Origin: Octopus vulgaris
Taxonomy: Eukaryota
Direction of reading: 5' to 3'
Assembly: GCA_951406725.2 (NCBI GenBank)
Contig: OX597819.1
Coordinates: forward strand, 69,564,001 to 69,628,000
Length of the DNA stretch: 64,000 nt
In this document: in pieces, positions 57,265 to 64,000 of the stretch
How the letters are laid out: each line of letters begins with the position of its first letter
How positions within the stretch are numbered: position 1 is the first letter of the stretch
Translations under genes and position numbers: made by a program
The notes under the pieces: generated by a model
The model's database searches: none
What the model was told of the DNA's origin: nothing
The model's input: only the letters and a program-made list of their open reading frames with translations

Positions 57265-57620
57265 GTGGCGAGCTGGCAGAAACGTTAGCACGCCGGGTAA
57301 AATGCGTAGCCGTCTGTCGTCACGTTGTGAGTTCAAATTCCGCTGAGGTCTACTTTGCGTTTCATCCTTTCGGGGTCGATAAATTAAGTACCAGTTACGC
57401 ACTGGGGTCGATGTAATCGACTTAATACCTATATCTGTGGGTAGTAAAGAAAGAGGTATTTCGTCCGTCTTTACGTTCTGAGTTCAAATTCCGCCGAGGT
57501 CGACTTTCATCCTTTCGGGATCGATAAATTAAGTACATGTTGCGTACTGGCGCCGATCCAATCGACTGGACCCCTCGCCAAAAATGTTTGGCCTTGTGCC
57601 TAGAGTAGAAAAGAATTATT
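57265..57620 (+). mobile_element. SINE family A dimer
   Basis: Head plus two modules plus cctagagtagaaaagaat. Confidence 0.88.
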
Positions 57621-57764
57621 TTTAGATCGGTATTCATATTCTTCAAGATTTTTATCTGCCAAAATTCTCTGAAAATGTTTAATGGACAGTTTTTCCGTTT
57701 AAGCTTGTGGGTGTGTGTGTATCCCTTTCCATCTTCATCATATGCAGTTTCATCATTTAGCTTT

Positions 57765-57950
57765 AACATGATTCAATCATTTGTCTGTGGCTACGCTGGA
57801 GCAGCGCCTTGAAGAATTTTAGTCGAATAAATCAACGCCAGTACTTGTAGTTTTAAGCTTGTTATTTATTCTATAGGTCCCGTTTCTAGGACGTAAACAC
57901 ACCAACACTGGTTATCAAGCGGTGACAGGGTACAAATAGACACAAAGATA
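57765..57950 (-). mobile_element. SINE family B tail
   Basis: gctggagcagcgccttgaag...gacgtaaacacaccaacactggttatcaagcgg. Confidence 0.7.
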
Positions 57951-57978
57951 CACATACACACACACGCACGCACGCACG

Positions 57979-58022
<44 letters not shown>

Positions 58023-58296
58023 ATACACATATACATACATGCACGATGTCCTAAATTTAAGCAAACCACGTCATATATCTAACGTTAATCAAATTTTCTT
58101 ATTTAGCTCATCCTCCAAAGCGAGTTAGTCTCTGACATTAATGCCATCTATTCTAAATGTTCATGCTTGTAAACACATTTGAATAATACCTGTTCCAACC
58201 ATTACTTTAAACAATCTGATAGTTGTATCGCGGAGAATTACATTCTCTTGAACGCCGCTCGTAGTTCCGATCCTTAGCGTATATTCCTCATTCCTA

Positions 58297-58755
58297 ATAT
58301 TTTCCAATGCATTAAAGCGGTGAACAGGCAGAATGCTTTGCGATATTCTGTCCGTCTTTACTTACAGGTCAAATACCGCCGAAGTCTACTTTGCCTTTCC
58401 TCCTTTCGGGGGGTCGATAAATGAGTGCCAGTTAAGTACTGGGGTCGTTGTAATCGTCTTACCCCCTCCCCTTAAATTGCTAGCCTTGTGATAAAATTTG
58501 AAAGCTATATTTTCCAATGCATTAAAGCGGCGTGCAGGCAGAAACGTGAACACACAATGCAAAATGCTTTGCGGTATTTCGTCCGTCTTTATTTTCTGAG
58601 TTCAAATACCACCAAGGTCGACTTTGCTTTTCATCTTCTCGGGGTCGATAAAATAAGTACCAATTCAATGCTGGGGTCGATGTAATCGTCTTAACCTCTG
58701 CCCCTATATTGCTGGCCTGGGACCGAAATTTGAAATCAATATTCACCAATGCATT
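58297..58755 (+). mobile_element. Two head-to-tail SINE family A copies separated and flanked by a 17-bp repeat
   Basis: atattttccaatgcatt at ~58298 and ~58508; atattcaccaatgcatt at ~58739. Confidence 0.8.
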
Positions 58756-59584
58756 CTTTATCATAAACTTCTAATCATGAACTAAGTTTTCCTTCCTTTA
58801 TTTGTTAACAGTTTCGGCAACATTATCCTCAACAACACTGTTCTGCCAACATTCTTACTTTATTTATAACTACAGACACAGTCATCAAGAACCGATTTTC
58901 AATTCATTGAGATACCTGCCTGACACGTACACTTTGCACTAACATTCTTAACTTATGGATTCCAGTTAGGATTTTAAACCAGTTATCTATCCAGAATATA
59001 TCTAATTAATATCTCATCGGTTTCATTTCCTCCTTGACAATTTCATTCGACTGTAGAAAAAACTACTGTTATCCTTTATTTTGATACTCTGTCGATTTAA
59101 AAGAACGTAATTTTAATTCCGCCATCTTTTTACAGTTATCAAAGTACGTTCCGTTTCAATCAACTCAGTGATGAACCTAGAGTGGTGTCACCTATTTTTG
59201 GTGCAGCATCGTCTTCTGTGGAATATTAAGCATTGATGATCCACAGATACTTAATTTTTTTTAAGTTTCAGATTATTTAAACGTTTGTAGCAAAGGTTTT
59301 ATTTTTGCTACTTTAAATAAATTTTTTTCATCACTTCCTCTTGCAGCAGCATACTCTTGTTCCCAATTCTTGATGATAAACTGTGAACTTGAAAAGAAAG
59401 TTTCCCAAATTAGGTCCATTTAGAAATATATATTTTCAACAAATCCAAGAAAAAATTTTTCAAATTTTGTATTTGTTATATCGGTTTCTTTTTCCGAACC
59501 GCCAAACAAGAAAGATGCAAACAAAACAACAATGGTTGTCAAAGCCCCCCCCCACACACATACATACATATATAAATATATATA

Positions 59585-59618
<34 letters not shown>

Positions 59619-59619
59619 C

Positions 59620-59775
59620 CAATGAAATGCTGCACTGTTTCTGCCTACCATATTCACTTACAAAACATTGCATGGCCTGGAGCCATGGTGGAGGAACATG
59701 CCCAAGACGCCGGGCATTTGGGCAAAACCCAAAAGTATGTTGTTGCGGAGTGTGCTTTTTAGCCATGACTGCGCC
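59620..59775 (-). mobile_element. Diverged SINE family B head
   Basis: gtttctgcctacca.attcact.acaa...tgcccaag...tagccatgactgcgcc. Confidence 0.6.
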
Positions 59776-60385
59776 TACACACACCGACACACATGCACAG
59801 AATACACGCTTATATATGTGTTTATACATACGTGTATACATAGCATGCATGTATATATATATATACATACATGTTTGTACGTATTTATGTATACAAGTAT
59901 ATATGCAGGTATGTATGCATGTATGTATGTATTGTATGTACTGAGCTGCGTTTCTTTTCTCTTCCTTTCATAAGTCTCCCACTCGGTAATTGTCCCACCA
60001 GATCTAATCCATATCTGTATCGATTGATTCGATATATTATATCTGACTGGAAACTAATTCTTTCCCATAATAGTTAAATATCCAATATCGAACGCGGATG
60101 TAGTTGTTATTGTTGTTGCTGTTGTTGTTGTTGTTAATTCTGATGCTGCTGCCTTCATGCTTTTTTTATATCTTTTTTTTTTACTCTCTTATTTAATCTG
60201 CAGCAATTCTATTTTCTTAATATAGTCTCATGAATGAGATAAACTGAACACGATAAAAAAAAAAGGAAGGCAATATTTGTTGGCTTCGTTTAAACAGTCG
60301 CACATTACACAGTCACACAAACAACCACACACGCCAACATACACACACCTACATACACACAGAAATATACATTCACACATATACA

Positions 60386-60416
<31 letters not shown>

Positions 60417-60547
60417 GTGTGTGTGTGTTTACTTGCGTGTGTATCTGTATGTATAAGTTTACGCTTATGTTTGTTTTTCTGTTGAGTTATAATAAAAACA
60501 ATTTTACATTAACCTGATGGGTTGCTTTCTACTTTTGAAGAGTGCAA

Positions 60548-60677
60548 ATATAATGTTCTTAAGCAAGAAGGTTGGTGACAGTGACTTCGAAATTTCGACC
60601 AGTTAAGCCATCGTCGGTTGGCTTAACTCGCTGAAACATCGAAGTCACTGTCATAATCCTGTTTAAGAATATTTTGT
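60548..60677. mobile_element. Small head-to-head element of two 5'-truncated hammerheads
   Basis: - arm: CCGACGA tggc-ttaact-ggtc GAAA tttcgaag TC actgtc; + arm: tggc-ttaact-cgct GAAA catcgaag TC actgtc. Confidence 0.72.
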
Positions 60678-60679
60678 GC

Positions 60680-61395
60680 GCAGCATAAGAACAGGTATTA
60701 CGAACTAATAATGTTAAGTGCAGAATCAACAACACTACAGACAGCTATGAATGCAGGGTATGTGGTGAGAGATGTGAAACGGTATGGCACATCGTTAACA
60801 AATTCCCGAAATTGGCACAACGCGAATACGAAAGACGTGACAATGTGTCAAAAATGACCTATTGGAGGCTCTGTTTAAATCACGGCCTAAAAAGAGCAAG
60901 GACGTGATATGAACAAACTCCAGAAAAGTCACCGAGAACGAAGATTGCAAACTCCTCTGGGACGCAATGATTCAGTACGAAAACCTGACCTGACATCAGA
61001 AACCAGACGTTGTTGTGGTGAATAAAAAAGAAAGGACATGTATGATAAAAGACATAGCATGCTGCGGTGACAATATCAAACAGAAAAAGAAGAAACTGAA
61101 CAGCTGCGAGGATTTGAAGTGGAAAATACGAAGGCTGTGGTCAATGAGGGGAGTAGACGTGATAGCAATAATAATTGGTGCACTTGGTGGAATCAGTACT
61201 CAACTACCAACATGCCTGAAAAAGATTGGTGCAAGTGTGAAAGTAGAACACCTACAAATATCAGTGTTGCTTGGAACTGCAAAAATTCTTTGCAGGGTTC
61301 TTCAAGAATGACCAGTAAACAAAGCTTACCTTAGTCTGCTGGCTGTGGATAGCCAAGACTTTCCAGAAAAGTAAGCAGTGATTATTTTTATGAAC
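60680..61395 (+). mobile_element. R4/Dong-like LINE 3' fragment (family of 26840-27720) ending in (TAA)n
   Basis: EQVLRTN...ECRVCGERCETVWHIV; HQKPDVVVVNKKERTCMIKDIAC; IIIGALGGI..QISVLLGTAKIL; (TAA)n at 61397-61545. Confidence 0.85.
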
Positions 61396-61424
61396 TAATA
61401 ATAATAATAATAATAATAATAATG

Positions 61425-61536
<112 letters not shown>

Positions 61537-61675
61537 TAGTAACAAAAAAGTTTAACTAGTAGCCATAGACTTTTACCTATTCTTCACAACAAACCGAGGT
61601 AATCTGGTTTACAGGGAATTCCATTCACACACAAGCCGATACACGTGCACTGACACACACACACGCACACACACA

Positions 61676-61712
<37 letters not shown>

Positions 61713-61962
61713 ACACACACACTCACTCAAATGCACACAAATGTACAGATACCCTTACGCATATACTAGAGGTGTACAGAAATACTGGAGGAGCGTACAA
61801 TATCGCACACGATAACTACGTTGTATGCGAACCAACCAATGAATTTGTTTTGTTTCTTAAAATTGTGAAATAATATTGGAAGTTTATAAAATTCCTCTCT
61901 TCCCTTCTCTCTCTCTTCAGCTGTCTCTCTCCCTCTGTAACTATCTGTCTCTATCTCTTCCC

Positions 61963-62007
<45 letters not shown>

Positions 62008-62053
62008 TATATATATATACATATATGTGTGTGTGTGTACATTGACAAACGTA

Positions 62054-62084
<31 letters not shown>

Positions 62085-62093
<9 letters not shown>

Positions 62094-62583
62094 TCTAGTT
62101 GTGTGAGTGTCTGTCCCCTTCGATTTAGATTCCTAACTCCTCCCACATTTTGCGGTGCAGTTTAACCAAAACCGGGTATCTTATAGTCGTGATTCATATC
62201 GAGCCCGTCTGACTATTAGCGCGCGTCAACGATGAGTCTACAATTTTAAAAATAATTTAACATCATTTTTTATTCCATTTTAATGCATAAAATGCATCGT
62301 GTGTCGATGGCGGCGGAGTTGGCGTCCACGCTCACAGCTGCACCTGTTTGCTTCTTCCCCTTCCCTCCCTCGTGAAGCTGTGGGGAAGGGAGTGTAAAGA
62401 AATCAACGTCGTAATGCGTTGTGAAGGAAACCAGCGTTCTTTTAGAACAACGACTTCATGGCTTGAAGATACCAAAACAAAAATGGCTAAGAAAGCCTGA
62501 ATTTATAAGGGAAGTAACTCTCTAAAAATGCTTATATAGTTATTTCCCTTACAAACCCGAGCAACGCCGGGCGATACTGCTAG
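62085..62583 (+). mobile_element. Helitron-like non-autonomous element in (TA)n
   Basis: 3' hairpin cccg-agcaacgc-cggg then CTAG terminus, no TIRs. Confidence 0.7.
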
Positions 62584-62963
62584 TATATATATATATATGT
62601 ATATGTATGTGAGTATAGATATATATAGACGTGCATATATATATTTGTGTGTGTGTGTGTGAGCGTATATGTATATATATATAAGATATATATATATAAT
62701 ACATATATAATATATATATGTATTTAAAAATGTATATATCTACATATATATAAGCATAATCTTACATCTATATAAATGTATGTATATATACATATGTGTG
62801 TGAGTGTATGTGTGAGACTGTGTGTATGTGTGTATGTGTGTGTGTGCATGTACATGTGTGTGTGTCTATATGACAGTACATATTTTGTGAACATTATATT
62901 TGTTTTCCTCCCTACTATTGAGTTTCCTGGTAAACACCAGCAAACAAGCGACATAGGGAGTCA

Positions 62964-63020
62964 TAGATGCTGAAGATTATGTAACGTGTTTCAACATGGT
63001 TCGAAACATATGTTTGTTTA
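62964..63020 (+). ncRNA. Type I hammerhead-like motif, consensus core, decayed stems
   Basis: tagatg CTGAAGA ttatgt...acatggttc GAAA catatg TT tgttta; perfect palindrome ACATATGT; stem I mostly G-U. Confidence 0.55.
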
Positions 63021-63350
63021 CCTGCACACATCTTCGCACGCATACACGCATATATACACATATATATACGCACATACATATACACACACAATCACAAGCT
63101 CTCACTCGTACTGACAGACTGAGAGATAGTGTCCAGCCAGTACATATACATGCTTGAATATATATGAGTGTGTCTGCTTCTGTTTTCAAATATGAAGGCA
63201 GGTATGTATATAGGAATATACATATGAACATGCATATGAACAGGCATATATGAACAAGCATATATACGTGTGTGTATAGGTACACACTTTTATGTATATA
63301 TATATATGTATATATATTATATACATTTATTATATATACATATGTATGTG

Positions 63351-63385
<35 letters not shown>

Positions 63386-64000
63386 TGTTTGTATGTATAC
63401 ATGTATGTATATATACAATTTATAACTTCAAACACACATTTACATTTAAAATATTATACATATATATATACACACATATGTACATTATATATATATATAT
63501 ATATAGATACATATATATATATATATATATATATACCTCCGTACATATAATATATATATATATATGTGTGTGTACATATATATATATATACACACACACA
63601 CGCATGTATATGCATATATATATATACACACACACATACAGACACACAAGCAGAGTACAACCACTATTGAAATGCTATGACATAGGACGTTCTTGCCTGC
63701 AGAAGACGGCTTTCGCATGTTTATCTCTAAATTCAATAAACAAAGAAATAAAAAGCCATCGAAAATTCGTGTTGCGCATGCGTATATGATTACCATTAAA
63801 AGTTTTGTTTTGCATTTAATGTTATTACTGTATTATTTTTTGTTTTTTGTATTGTATATTTTTCCTACCTGATTTTTGTTTTGCGATCATATCACTCCCC
63901 TCTCTCTCTCTCTCTCTCTCTGTTCTGTTTTGGTTCTGTGCATGAAAAAAGAAAATAGTTATTTTTATATATTTTTTAATTATATATATTTATTCTTCTG

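Overview
AT-rich eukaryotic DNA saturated with microsatellites ((TA)n, (CA)n, (TATG)n, (TAGA)n, (ATT)n, (TCT)n). The repeat content resembles an octopod cephalopod; that is inference from pattern recognition, not a database result. I see no intact host gene, and almost all ORFs in the track are microsatellite artefacts. Recognisable coding remnants are all transposon-derived: two RTE-clade LINEs, three R4/Dong-like RLE LINE 3' ends in (TAA)n, a Helitron PIF1-helicase fragment and mariner/Tc1 remnants. Three tRNA-type SINE families are abundant. The main discovery is about 20 type I hammerhead-ribozyme-like motifs (CUGANGA...GAAA...NUH, nearly all with a palindromic stem III), from intact to decayed. 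They sit in several unrelated non-coding units of about 357, 416, 438, 491 and 539 bp. The units occur as partial tandems, usually joined head-to-head (5'-to-5') to an inverted copy through short microhomology, and often lie in (TA)n. Two rearrangement breakpoints fall on predicted self-cleavage sites. This looks like a diverse population of retrozyme / non-autonomous Penelope-like elements, including long-stem-II and variant-core hammerheads. All folds were derived by eye, element boundaries are approximate, and none of the ribozymes has been tested for activity.
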